Shown: one piece after another, positions 40,640 to 50,735 of the stretch
How positions within the stretch are numbered: the first letter of the stretch is position 1
Layout: every line of letters begins with the position of its first letter
Assembly: GCA_030603365.1 (NCBI GenBank)
Contig: JAUVXV010000002.1
Span: forward strand, 320,001 to 384,000
Direction of reading: 5' to 3'
Length of the DNA: 64,000 bases
From: Candidatus Heimdallarchaeota archaeon
GTDB taxonomy: Archaea > Asgardarchaeota > Heimdallarchaeia > Heimdallarchaeales > Heimdallarchaeaceae
The notes under the pieces: model-generated
Database searches by the model: none
The model's input: the letters and a program-made list of their open reading frames with translations, nothing else
Told to the model about the DNA's origin: nothing
Program-made: the position numbers and the translations under genes

Positions 40640-41188
40640 ATGAAAAATCAAAAAGAAGGATACTTCTCTTCACAGAGAGGAAAAAGGTTCATTAAATTTT
40701 TTCTTATTGGTATGACTGGTTGGGGATTAAACTTGCTTTTCCTCTTTCTCTTTGGTTTATTGTTGGATGCATTTTTCGTGAACGATATTCTTGTTATAAT
40801 ATGGGTTTTTGTTATAAGAAAGGGAGTTGTTGCATCTTTACTTTCCATGATAATTGTCTTTGTTTTTACTTTCGTAATGAATAAAATTTGGACCTTTAGA
40901 GAACAAGGAAGGGAATTTCAGCCAAATACACTCTTTCAATTCTTTCAGTTCACATTAATTGGTTTAACTGGATTTGCTCTATTTACGGGATTTATGTTAT
41001 GGCTTCATGGCTCATTAAACTGGAACGAATACCTTGCTTCAAGTATAGCATTTTTTGTAGGCTTGGTTAATAATTTTATTTGGAATGATTTGTGGACTTT
41101 CAATCCTAAATTAATAGAAAAAAGGAAACTTAAACGTGAAAATAAAGAACTAAGAAAAAACAAGCAAACATTATCTGAAGAAGAATAA
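40640..41188 (+). CDS. GtrA family membrane protein
   Basis: RFIKFFLIG, NKIWTF, NDLWTF. Confidence 0.85.
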   Translation: MKNQKEGYFSSQRGKRFIKFFLIGMTGWGLNLLFLFLFGLLLDAFFVNDILVIIWVFVIRKGVVASLLSMIIVFVFTFVMNKIWTFREQGREFQPNTLFQFFQFTLIGLTGFALFTGFMLWLHGSLNWNEYLASSIAFFVGLVNNFIWNDLWTFNPKLIEKRKLKRENKELRKNKQTLSEEE

Positions 41189-41190
41189 AA

Positions 41191-42162
41191 TTAAGTTATA
41201 TTGTATAATCGTCTTAAAGAGAGATTTGGATATCTTGGAGAGAACTTCAGTAAAGGATATTCTTTTGCAGGAAATCTAGCCCATAGAAATCTAATTTCTT
41301 TCTCTTCTAAAGCCCGTCTTACAAATCTTAAGAGAATTTTTTCTTCTTTAATAATCTCTTCTTCATCAATCTTTGATGATAGCAATTTTGTATCAGATAT
41401 ATCAAACTCTATTACGTTCATCGGGAAGCTCTGAATTTCCTGGAATTTAATATCAATGTGATTTTCCTCTACATCAATGATAAGAAAACCCTTTGGCTCA
41501 ATAGTTTCCATAAAGCTAGTTTTAATTATAGATCCCGTATACTGGACTTTCCCTACTTGAATACGTTGAGCTCTGTGAATGTGACCTGAAATAACTACAA
41601 GAAGGTTTTCTGGCAGAATAAGAGAATTCAAGGTGTCTGATCGATTGGTAAACATATGATTATGTGGACCAAAACATGCTCCATCAAATAGCTGATGACA
41701 GAGTATGATATAATTTCTCTTTGGATTGTCTACCATAATTTCTTTTACTCTGTTGAACACAGATACAGGATTTTTTGCTTCAAAAGGAAACCCGATTATT
41801 GATACTTCATCAAAATCAATTACTGAGAGTTTATTCATAAAATGCAATTTGTCAGAAAGATGGTTTAGAAGGGTTTCAGGAAGATGTGATCTGTCATGAT
41901 TACCAGGTATAGCAGCGAAATTAATGTCCTCATCTGTGAAATTTTCAATTATTTGGTAGGATTTGGAAACTAACTCTTTTTTTGGTCGAGAACGATTAAA
42001 CATATCTCCACCATGGAGTACTAGATCAACTTGATTTTTTCCTGCAAAATCTAGAGTTTTTGAGAATACTTCAAAGGTTCTTTTTATCTGTTCTTTTTTT
42101 GTCTGAGATGTTCTACCATATTCATAACCAAAATGTGTATCAGAAAGTGCTAGAATCCTCAT
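41191..42162 (-). CDS. Mre11/SbcD-like metallophosphoesterase nuclease
   Basis: SDTHFG, GGDMF, PGNHD, SGHIH, YTGS. Confidence 0.85.
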   Translation of the reverse strand: MRILALSDTHFGYEYGRTSQTKKEQIKRTFEVFSKTLDFAGKNQVDLVLHGGDMFNRSRPKKELVSKSYQIIENFTDEDINFAAIPGNHDRSHLPETLLNHLSDKLHFMNKLSVIDFDEVSIIGFPFEAKNPVSVFNRVKEIMVDNPKRNYIILCHQLFDGACFGPHNHMFTNRSDTLNSLILPENLLVVISGHIHRAQRIQVGKVQYTGSIIKTSFMETIEPKGFLIIDVEENHIDIKFQEIQSFPMNVIEFDISDTKLLSSKIDEEEIIKEEKILLRFVRRALEEKEIRFLWARFPAKEYPLLKFSPRYPNLSLRRLYNIT

Positions 42163-42248
42163 TCTATTTCACTGGAGATGAGATGTTACATATTCTACTA
42201 GAAATCAATATAAAAGATAATCACTAATTTCCCACTCTCTTCTTACTA

Positions 42249-43736
42249 TTAAAGAACTTCTGCTTCTTTTAAATTACAGATCCACAGAGGTTTTCTTTCA
42301 ATAAATAGGTAAAAATTCTCTGCGAATGTATCATCTGTGTCATAAATATTGCGTAGTGTTTCATCAACTAGAAAAATCTTCATTTTCTCTTTTATTGCTA
42401 TTTTCAGGAAGGAGTCAACATTAAGCACAAAAGTATTTTTCTGTACAAGATTTTCAAGAAACTCAAAAACACTTTGACCTTTTTTCGTGAAATGAATTAC
42501 CCAACGATCATTATCAATAAATGGTCCAGCTACTACATCAATATGCTTTGTATACTGTTTAAGAAATTTGAGTGACTCTTTTGAAGTGATTTCTGGTCCT
42601 TCTTTTCTAATTGATATCTGGGGTTTGATATCCATTAAAGAGATGAATAAACCGTAATATTCTTCAGATACAAAGGTTTTGGACCTTTCTAAAATGTAGT
42701 TATTATTGAAAAGTTCAGTTTGAAATGCATTCTTGATTGACAGTGCTTTTTGCCAACAAATTTCAGCTTCTTCGAAATTTCGTTTGATTGCTAGAATTGT
42801 TATCTCTCTTCCAGAATTAGCAATTTTGCGAACTAGCTCATCATAAATAGGAATCTCAAATAACAAATCTTCAAAGAAACTTATATCAGGTTTCATCAGA
42901 TAAGTATTGGATGCTGCAATCAAAGATGTAAATTGATCAACAGACACATCTGCAGCAACATTATCTTTTGGATTAAGTGGATCAGGAACATATAGAGGAT
43001 AATACTTCAACAACATTTCACTAGTTAGTAAATCGACATCTTCCATTTTCTCTGTATTTCGTTTTAAATCTATAATTGTCCTGGGTCTCCATTTACTGAT
43101 AGCATCAATGGTTTCTCTAAAAGAACCATAGAAGATTATTAGCAGCTCACATAGATATCCATTGAAACCTATTGCACCTATTTCGTTTCTATAAACACCA
43201 ATTGTTTTCAAGAACTTTTTAAATAATAGAACTTCATTTCTGTTCTCTTCTTTCATATGTGTTATGATGTATTGAGAATGCATAGGGATTAAATCAAAAA
43301 TTGATTCTGGTTCCTCACCAGGAGAAACCTCAAAGCCTACAAACAGATTAATTAGTTCTCCTTCAACATTTATCCTTAGGTAAGGAATTTTTCCAGTATG
43401 TTTAGTAATTTCAATAGGATTATTCTTTATTCTATCCTTCTTTAATCTCTTTTTTAAAGCATCTAAAATCTGATGTGCTTTTGATTTATCTGATTTTTGA
43501 AGTATTAGCAATAAGTCAAATGAATCGTCTTCACTTAGATAGGTTTTCCTGACAAATGAACCCTGATTTTCTACTCTTCCTATAAAACCAAGAGCGTTGA
43601 GATCCAAGACTATTTTTTCTTTCAATATTGATAGAAGTTCTCTGATATTTTCATGCTGCTCCCACTGCACTTGAATAATTTCTAATACCTTCTTCTCTAT
43701 GGTTTCAGAATCTTCTCTTGGATTATCATTACTCAC
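42249..43736 (-). CDS. cca: Class I CCA-adding enzyme homolog with degenerate active site
   Basis: GS...TYL, LLFKKFLK..GVY, GFNGYLCELLI.FYGSF, DP....NVAA; adjacent to thpR. Confidence 0.8.
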   Translation of the reverse strand: MSNDNPREDSETIEKKVLEIIQVQWEQHENIRELLSILKEKIVLDLNALGFIGRVENQGSFVRKTYLSEDDSFDLLLILQKSDKSKAHQILDALKKRLKKDRIKNNPIEITKHTGKIPYLRINVEGELINLFVGFEVSPGEEPESIFDLIPMHSQYIITHMKEENRNEVLLFKKFLKTIGVYRNEIGAIGFNGYLCELLIIFYGSFRETIDAISKWRPRTIIDLKRNTEKMEDVDLLTSEMLLKYYPLYVPDPLNPKDNVAADVSVDQFTSLIAASNTYLMKPDISFFEDLLFEIPIYDELVRKIANSGREITILAIKRNFEEAEICWQKALSIKNAFQTELFNNNYILERSKTFVSEEYYGLFISLMDIKPQISIRKEGPEITSKESLKFLKQYTKHIDVVAGPFIDNDRWVIHFTKKGQSVFEFLENLVQKNTFVLNVDSFLKIAIKEKMKIFLVDETLRNIYDTDDTFAENFYLFIERKPLWICNLKEAEVL

Positions 43737-43745
43737 TTTATCACC

Positions 43746-44306
43746 CTATTGTTGAGCTTTGATTTCGTGGATAGTTGTATATTTGGGTCCTTCTGGGCCG
43801 AGTATAGACTTCTTTAGCTTAATAGAGACAATTTCTTGTTCTCCACAGTTGAAATCAGATAGGTTCTTTATAACTTTAATCAGTTCAGACTTATTTTGAG
43901 CGGACTTAACTCTCGCTATAGTAAGATGGGGTTTGAATGGTCTTGAATCTACTTCAAAACCCAACTTTCTTAATTTGACTCTTATTTCATTTTGTATTTT
44001 TCTTAATTCCTCTATTTCGCCTTCAATTTCACAAAATACTACTCTTATATGATTTTCATTTGGTAGTACACCTGGTTGTTTCACTGATAACCTAATTTTT
44101 TTGAAATTTATATCACTCAATAATTGAGATATTTGTTGAACTTGATGTTCAGTAATTTCTCCAAGGAATTCTATAGTTGCGTGTAAAACTTTAGGATTTA
44201 CTACTCGTAATTTTGCTCCTGAGGTTTGTATTTCACTTTGAATCGAGACGATATTTTTAACTATTTCCTCATTATCAAAATCTATTGAAATAAACGTTCT
44301 TACCAT
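43746..44306 (-). CDS. thpR: RNA 2',3'-cyclic phosphodiesterase (2H family)
   Basis: RTFISI, LHATIEFLG, FKPHLTIARVK, GPKY. Confidence 0.92.
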   Translation of the reverse strand: MVRTFISIDFDNEEIVKNIVSIQSEIQTSGAKLRVVNPKVLHATIEFLGEITEHQVQQISQLLSDINFKKIRLSVKQPGVLPNENHIRVVFCEIEGEIEELRKIQNEIRVKLRKLGFEVDSRPFKPHLTIARVKSAQNKSELIKVIKNLSDFNCGEQEIVSIKLKKSILGPEGPKYTTIHEIKAQQ

Positions 44307-44365
44307 TGCTATATGATGTTTTAATTAGATTTTATAAGTTTTTATTAAGAGGGCACCAATAGACA

Positions 44366-44980
44366 TTGACAACATTTTTAACTACAAGTGTTATTGCCTC
44401 ATTGGAATTAATGACAAAACCTAATACAAAAATACTTGGAGTGACTGGAATGCCTGGTTCAGGTAAAAGTGAGTTTGCTCATTTTGCTGAAGAACTGGGT
44501 TATCATACAGTCGTAATGGGTGATGTTGTTAGAGCAAGGGTTGTTGAAGAGGGATTTGAACCTACTCCAGAAATGAGCACAAGGTACATGCTTCAGCTTC
44601 GTGAAGAGATGGGTGAAACAGCTGTAGCTCATTTAACCTGTGATGCTATTGACATACTAGTTAGTGAAGGTAAGAATCTTTTAGTAATTGATGGAATTAG
44701 AAGTCAAGCAGAAGTAACATATTTCAAAGAACACTTGGATGAAGCTTTTTTTATTGTTGCAATACATGTTGACCCAGATTTGAGGTTCAAACGCTTACAG
44801 ACTCGTGGTAGAAAAGATGCACCTGTAACCGAAGATGATTTTAATCAAAGAGATGAATCGGAATTGAAACTTGGTTTGGGTGAAACAATTGCCTTTTCGA
44901 ATTACATAATTCCCAATAACAAATCCTTAGATGATTTTAGAGAAAAATCTCTTAGTTTATTAAACGAGTTAGAAGGTTGA
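44366..44980 (+). CDS. UPF0200 P-loop nucleotide kinase-like protein
   Basis: GMPGSGKS, MGDVVR, IDGIRS, RGRKD. Confidence 0.85.
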   Translation: MTTFLTTSVIASLELMTKPNTKILGVTGMPGSGKSEFAHFAEELGYHTVVMGDVVRARVVEEGFEPTPEMSTRYMLQLREEMGETAVAHLTCDAIDILVSEGKNLLVIDGIRSQAEVTYFKEHLDEAFFIVAIHVDPDLRFKRLQTRGRKDAPVTEDDFNQRDESELKLGLGETIAFSNYIIPNNKSLDDFREKSLSLLNELEG

Positions 44981-45435
44981 GAATTTTGAACCTTAAAATC
45001 AGTATGCGAATTCCCTTTTATTCAACTGAGGATAGAAAGAAAATAGAACAGATTGTGTTGAATCTCTTAGGTGAAGTTCCCGAGTTAACTGAGGTAAAAG
45101 AGAAAAACCGTGTATATCTAGTTGCAGATAAGATTCGAACTGAAGCCTTACGCTCCTTCTTCATGTATGTGAGAAAACAAGAAATCCTCGATACTGTTAG
45201 AAGTTGTGTTGTGATTTATCCTGAAGAAGGAGAAGTGGTTTTCAATATTCATAAACAAGCCCTGATGGTGGAGAAAATAGCTGTAGTTTCTTCAGACACA
45301 TATTCTCCTCTAGGAAATTTGAAGTTGATTATCCAATCTGGAAATATAGAAAAATTTCTTGATTGGTTCGTTCCTGAAACTTCTGAGGGTAAAGTCCTTA
45401 GAAATAGAAAATTTGATGAAATCTTCAATCTTTGA
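44977..45435 (+). CDS. UPF0201/DUF54 RNA-binding-like protein
   Basis: TED..K, QEILDTVR, HKQA, PLG, W..P.T.EG; usual partner of previous gene. Confidence 0.75.
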   Translation: MRILNLKISMRIPFYSTEDRKKIEQIVLNLLGEVPELTEVKEKNRVYLVADKIRTEALRSFFMYVRKQEILDTVRSCVVIYPEEGEVVFNIHKQALMVEKIAVVSSDTYSPLGNLKLIIQSGNIEKFLDWFVPETSEGKVLRNRKFDEIFNL

Positions 45436-46345
45436 TTTTCAATTTGATTGTAAGTCCATCGTAAGCTATTATGCTATTTGAAAAGATCTTCTTAGCTTCA
45501 GATAATGAATGCTCTAAATCTGAATGTAATTGTGAAATGTGGGTTAAAGCAAGTTTTTTTACTTTAGCTTTTTTAGCAACTAGAGCTGCATCTAAGACTG
45601 TTGAGTGCTTATATTTTGTTGCTCTTTCTTTCTCTTCAGGAGGATAGGTTGCATCATGAATTAATAAATCAGCATGTTTAGAATTTATTATAACATTCTC
45701 ATCAAATTCGGTATCACCTGTTATTACTACTTTCAAATTCTTAGAATCAATTTTATCCATAACAGCATCAGGAGTGATCTCTTTTCCTTTAATCTCTATT
45801 GGAGTTCCTTCTTGAAGTTGTTTCCATAATTTACCTTGAGGTATGTTCAGAGCTTGAGCTTTGTCTGGATTGAATCGTTCTTTTTTTGGATGAGTTTCAA
45901 TTTTGTAACCTATACTTTCTATAGAGTGGGTTACTGGAAAAGATTCTATAAAAAAATCTTTGTTGTTTAAAACAACATCTCCTGTAGTTTCCAATACTGT
46001 TACTTCAAACTCTGGTTTGAATCTGTAAGCTAAAAATAGTAGTGACAAAAATTGTGAAGTCCAAGTAGGACCAATAATAGTTACAGGAGTTTTAATATTG
46101 AAGAAATTTCTTGTAGTCAATAAACCGATTAAACCTAGTGTATGATCCGCATGTAAATGAGTGAGTAAAATAGTCATTTTTCTCAAGCTTATTTTATTTT
46201 TGAGCATCTCAATTTGAGTTCCCTCTCCCACATCCACAATTAAGAGATGACCTCTGTATCTGATAGCTATAGAGCTTTGTCTTCTTTCAATCATAGGAGG
46301 AGCAGAAGACGTTCCAAGAAATGTAATTTTCATTTCATCAGACAT
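45425..46345 (-). CDS. rnz: Ribonuclease Z
   Basis: FLGTS, DVGEGTQ, THLHADH, GP-type exosite, TGDT, HDATY, HST, LTHIS. Confidence 0.93.
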   Translation of the reverse strand: MSDEMKITFLGTSSAPPMIERRQSSIAIRYRGHLLIVDVGEGTQIEMLKNKISLRKMTILLTHLHADHTLGLIGLLTTRNFFNIKTPVTIIGPTWTSQFLSLLFLAYRFKPEFEVTVLETTGDVVLNNKDFFIESFPVTHSIESIGYKIETHPKKERFNPDKAQALNIPQGKLWKQLQEGTPIEIKGKEITPDAVMDKIDSKNLKVVITGDTEFDENVIINSKHADLLIHDATYPPEEKERATKYKHSTVLDAALVAKKAKVKKLALTHISQLHSDLEHSLSEAKKIFSNSIIAYDGLTIKLKIKD

Positions 46346-46349
46346 TCGA

Positions 46350-47378
46350 TCACTTCAGTACTAGAATTCTTCTTGTTAGAGATTTATGAATTACACAATC
46401 TATTAATGTTACTAATTTATAATCAGTTTTTTCAACTATATCTTCAGATGAAATTGATGCGGGGCTGCTGAAAACCAGATGTTTTCCAGGTTTGAGTACA
46501 TCTTTAGTAGCAATTAGAAAATCATAAATTAGATTTGGTACTTTTTCTCCATGAGTTGAAGACTGTAAGGAATAAGGAGGATCTGTTGCTATTGCATCTG
46601 CTTCTTTAATGGCTAGATATCGAGAATCTCCCCGATAAAGTGAAGAATTATAGTTTTCAAACTGTTTTAAATTCCGATTTGCTCCTCTGACAGCATATGT
46701 ATCTAAATCAGATCCTATTACATATGCCCCAAGTTCTGATGCTTCTAGAAGAAAACCACCTCCTCCACAAAAAGGATCAAAGAATATTTCTCCTTTATTT
46801 ATTCTTGATAGATTTACAATTGCTCTTGCAAAATCTGTTTTCATGCCACCTGGTCTGAAAAAATCTCTTTCTGAAGATTCTCTTACAAAATATTTCTTTC
46901 TGTCAAGAGACCAAAGCTCTAATCCCAAAAAGAAATTAGTTCCATGAAGAATTGCTAAGAAGGAATAATCTGGGTGTACCAAATCAACTTCAAGATTAGA
47001 TTTCTCATATTTGAAATAAACTTGATTTCCCAATTTTCTTTCTAAATCAACAGAACTTATGTTAATCTCCTTTCTACCTATTTTACAAACTCGCACACAA
47101 AAAGTTTTATTTTTCTCAATTTCTAGATGTTTGACATCTTCTGTAATATTTATTTTATTATTCTCTATTTCACCAGTATCTGAAAGAAGTATCAAAGCAT
47201 GTATAAACGCGCATCTTGCTGCAGCTGCAGTAGGATCCTTTTCAGATTCAAAAATGATAATTTGCTTATTTTTGTGAACAATTTTGTATTCTATACCTTC
47301 AGCTTCTAGAGCAGCATAAAACTCTTCATACCCAATTGGCAAATAATGACCACAAACATATGCAAGATATTTTTTCAT
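46350..47378 (-). CDS. trm11: tRNA m2G10 methyltransferase (THUMP + MTase)
   Basis: DPFCGGGG, TDPPY, HKSLTR. Confidence 0.85.
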   Translation of the reverse strand: MKKYLAYVCGHYLPIGYEEFYAALEAEGIEYKIVHKNKQIIIFESEKDPTAAAARCAFIHALILLSDTGEIENNKINITEDVKHLEIEKNKTFCVRVCKIGRKEINISSVDLERKLGNQVYFKYEKSNLEVDLVHPDYSFLAILHGTNFFLGLELWSLDRKKYFVRESSERDFFRPGGMKTDFARAIVNLSRINKGEIFFDPFCGGGGFLLEASELGAYVIGSDLDTYAVRGANRNLKQFENYNSSLYRGDSRYLAIKEADAIATDPPYSLQSSTHGEKVPNLIYDFLIATKDVLKPGKHLVFSSPASISSEDIVEKTDYKLVTLIDCVIHKSLTRRILVLK

Positions 47379-48265
47379 AGAAATTTGTCCTCAATAAATT
47401 TACTAATTGCAGAACTGACATCTATTTGTTCTGTATCTGTTCTTGATATTGTATTTGTTGATATAATCTTATGAACTCCAATTTCCTTCATTTTTACAAA
47501 AACTTCAGGTTTTGCCAAAGCATGAATCACAACGAATGTTAGAGATTTTGGTCTTTTATCTAAAATAATTCTAAACGCATCTAATGCTGTTCTTCCAGAT
47601 GTAATAATATCATCAAATAAAATTACATCTTTGTTTTCTACATCTATACCTATATCTCTCATTGATATTTCATGAGTAACAGAATCTCTATACTTTTCTA
47701 AAGCTGTATATGAAACATCCAGACCATCTGAGAGATATTTCAATTCTTCACTCACACCTTTATCTGGACCAATGATTGTATAATTGTCGTCTGTTTCTGA
47801 TTCTAGATATTTTTTGATAAGAGGTAAAACACTAATATCATATTTTTCTAGTTCTGGAACACTTGAAGTAAAGGCTTCCTTATTGTGAACATTGAAAGTC
47901 ATAATTGAATCAACTCCTGATTTGTAAAGTAGTTCCAGTGTTACTTTATGAGAGATTATTTCCATTTCTTTTCTTCTTCTGTCTGCCCTAGCATAACAAA
48001 GGTATGGTGTAAAAACATGAACTTTTGAAGCATTATATTCTTTAAGAGTTGCTGATAAAAACATGATCTCAAGAAGTCGTTTTTCTTGATTTGGAAAAGT
48101 GTTTTGAATAATAATAATTTCTTCATCGTTTACTTCTCCATCTATTTGAAGGTAAGATTCACCATCTGTAAATTGTTTATATTCTAAATTCAAATAAGGT
48201 ATATTTAGGTTCTTTGCAATCTTTTTACTCAGCTCAATAGAAGCAGGACCAGGTAATATTTTCAT
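47375..48265 (-). CDS. prs: Ribose-phosphate pyrophosphokinase
   Basis: FTDGE, PYLCYARAD, GPDKG, DDIITSG.T. Confidence 0.92.
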   Translation of the reverse strand: MKILPGPASIELSKKIAKNLNIPYLNLEYKQFTDGESYLQIDGEVNDEEIIIIQNTFPNQEKRLLEIMFLSATLKEYNASKVHVFTPYLCYARADRRRKEMEIISHKVTLELLYKSGVDSIMTFNVHNKEAFTSSVPELEKYDISVLPLIKKYLESETDDNYTIIGPDKGVSEELKYLSDGLDVSYTALEKYRDSVTHEISMRDIGIDVENKDVILFDDIITSGRTALDAFRIILDKRPKSLTFVVIHALAKPEVFVKMKEIGVHKIISTNTISRTDTEQIDVSSAISKFIEDKFL

Positions 48266-48392
48266 TATTATGAAGATTAATTTTCTATCAAATTAAAGCC
48301 TTTTCATGGTGATTATAAGAAATTGTAATCCAAAATAATCTGGAAATTTTGACCAAAAACATAGCTTTATTAACATACGAGAACCTATTTTA

Positions 48393-50363
48393 ATGAAATT
48401 ACTCCTAGGACATTCTGTGATAATTATGGGGTCTGGAACTCAATCTGGCAGCAAAAGGAAAGCCAAAACAAAAAAAGAACAACTACTTGACATAGATTTT
48501 CAAGATACTAGTGAAATCTCTGTACCCCCTCGCTTGGTTGATCAAGTAATAGGTCAAGAAACAGCTACTGAAATTATTAAGAAAGCTGCTCTACAACGAA
48601 GACATGTTTTACTCATCGGAGAACCTGGTACAGGTAAAAGTATGCTTGGTCTAGCTATGGCAGAACTTCTCCCAAAAGAAGAATTGGTTGATGTTCTATG
48701 TATCGCTAATCCTAAGTATCCTAATCAACCTAGAGTTGCAACTCTTCCTGCAGGACATGGAGCTAGGAAAGTTGAAATGGATGCAGAAGTAGCTAGAAAG
48801 AGTGGGAATAAAAGATTCATAATTTCGATTGCTATTCTTTTAGCAATTATAGGATATGCTTTGATTGCTACAGCTGGTCGTCCAGATCAACAGCCAACAA
48901 CACTCCTAATGGCAATGTTTGTGGGTTTCTTCATATTCTTTATGCTTAATCAGTCCAGATCTAAAACAGAATCCTTAGTACCTAAATTACTTGTTGATAA
49001 TAATAAGAAGGATACAGCGCCGTTCAATGATGCAACGGGATCACATGCAGGTAACCTATTAGGAGATGTACGACACGACCCTTTCCAATCGGGAGGACTT
49101 GGTACTCCACCTCATGAAAGAGTAGAGTCAGGTTTAATTCATAAGTCTCATCTTGGAGTTCTCTATTGCGATGAAATTGGTACGCTCGAGATGCGTACTC
49201 AACAAAAACTATTAACAGCAATGCAAGAAGGAAAGCTACAAATTACTGGTCAATCAGAACTGAGTAGTGGAGCTATGGTTAGATCGGAGCCAGTTCCTTG
49301 TCGTTTTGTGTTAATAGCTGCTGGTAATATTGAAACCACAAGAAACATGCATCCTGCTTTAAGATCAAGAATTCAAGGTTCTGGTTACGAGGTATATATG
49401 AAAGACACTATGCCAGACACACCTGAAAATCGACGAAAACTTGCTCGTTTTTGTGCTCAAGAGATCTACAATGATCGAAAAATCCCTCACTTCTCCAGAG
49501 AAGCAGTAGAAGAGATGGTTTATGAAGCTCAAAGAAGAGCGGATAAGAAAGATCATCTCACTTTAAGATTAAGAGAACTTGGAGGATTAATTCGAGCAGC
49601 TGGAGATTTAGCTAAGGAACATAACGAAACCTTTGTTACAGCTGAAACAGTACGATCAGCCAAAGTTATTGCAAGAACTCTAGAAAATCAAATAAGTGAT
49701 TCTTACGCAGATTCAAGAAAATTATACAAGATTTTTCAAACTCAAGACGCAATGGTTGGTAGAGTTAATGGTTTAGCGGTTATTAACCAAAGATCTGGTA
49801 TTGTTATGCCTATTGAAGCAGAAGTTGTACCTGCTTTCAGTCGTAGAGAAGGAAAAATTATTGCTACTGGTCAATTAAGGGTTATTGCAAGAGAAGCAGT
49901 TCAAAATGTTTCAGCTTTAGTTAAGAAATACGTAGGAAAAGACATTTCAGATTTCGACTATCACATTCAATTTGTGGGTGCATATGCTGGAGTTGAAGGA
50001 GATTCTGCATCTATTTCTATAGCAGTAGCTATTATATCTGCACTTGAAAAAGCACCTATTCGTCAAGATACTGCAATGACAGGAAGCTTAACTGTTCGAG
50101 GAATTGTTATCCCTATCGGTGGAGCTACTGCAAAAATAGAAGCAGCAGCAGAGGCTGGAATCACGAGAGTCATCATTCCTATTCAAAATGAAGATGATGT
50201 AAAACTCGAAAAAAGATATAAGGATAAAGTAGAAATCATCCCAGTATCTAATTTCCATGAAGTCTTAAGAAATGCTTTACCAAAGAAGTACCATTCAATT
50301 GCCAAGAAATTCGAAGAATTAGCTAAGGAGCAATCTGATCCTTCTGTATATAATGCAAAATAA
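48393..50363 (+). CDS. lonB: Archaeal membrane-bound Lon protease (likely start ATG 48426)
   Basis: GEPGTGKS, two TM insert, DEI, GDSAS Ser, AKIEAA Lys. Confidence 0.95.
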   Translation: MKLLLGHSVIIMGSGTQSGSKRKAKTKKEQLLDIDFQDTSEISVPPRLVDQVIGQETATEIIKKAALQRRHVLLIGEPGTGKSMLGLAMAELLPKEELVDVLCIANPKYPNQPRVATLPAGHGARKVEMDAEVARKSGNKRFIISIAILLAIIGYALIATAGRPDQQPTTLLMAMFVGFFIFFMLNQSRSKTESLVPKLLVDNNKKDTAPFNDATGSHAGNLLGDVRHDPFQSGGLGTPPHERVESGLIHKSHLGVLYCDEIGTLEMRTQQKLLTAMQEGKLQITGQSELSSGAMVRSEPVPCRFVLIAAGNIETTRNMHPALRSRIQGSGYEVYMKDTMPDTPENRRKLARFCAQEIYNDRKIPHFSREAVEEMVYEAQRRADKKDHLTLRLRELGGLIRAAGDLAKEHNETFVTAETVRSAKVIARTLENQISDSYADSRKLYKIFQTQDAMVGRVNGLAVINQRSGIVMPIEAEVVPAFSRREGKIIATGQLRVIAREAVQNVSALVKKYVGKDISDFDYHIQFVGAYAGVEGDSASISIAVAIISALEKAPIRQDTAMTGSLTVRGIVIPIGGATAKIEAAAEAGITRVIIPIQNEDDVKLEKRYKDKVEIIPVSNFHEVLRNALPKKYHSIAKKFEELAKEQSDPSVYNAK

Positions 50364-50408
50364 TCTTGATTTGATTTCAATGATATTTCATCAAGGATGC
50401 GATAAATA

Positions 50409-50729
50409 ATGACAACGTCTGGTTTTTATCATTATTACTGTGGAATCACAGCACAACCAAATGATGACGAGCAGTATGAGGATTTAGGTGAGTTTGATCT
50501 TCATTTAAATCTATTACAAAATGATTTAGCAGAGAAGGAACCAAAAAGACAACCAAGATTCGAAACTGGTTATTTCCAAGCTGAATGGATAGAAATCAGT
50601 TTTATGTTCCGAGTTTCGTATAGAGATGGGAATGAAGAAATTTACAGATATATTGATCTTGTAACAGAAACATTAGAAGATCAATTAAACATTACAATTG
50701 CAGACTTTCAAGTAGAATCAATAATCTGA
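50409..50729 (+). CDS. Acidic hypothetical protein
   Basis: 106-aa ORF. Confidence 0.6.
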   Translation: MTTSGFYHYYCGITAQPNDDEQYEDLGEFDLHLNLLQNDLAEKEPKRQPRFETGYFQAEWIEISFMFRVSYRDGNEEIYRYIDLVTETLEDQLNITIADFQVESII

Positions 50730-50735
50730 ATACAA

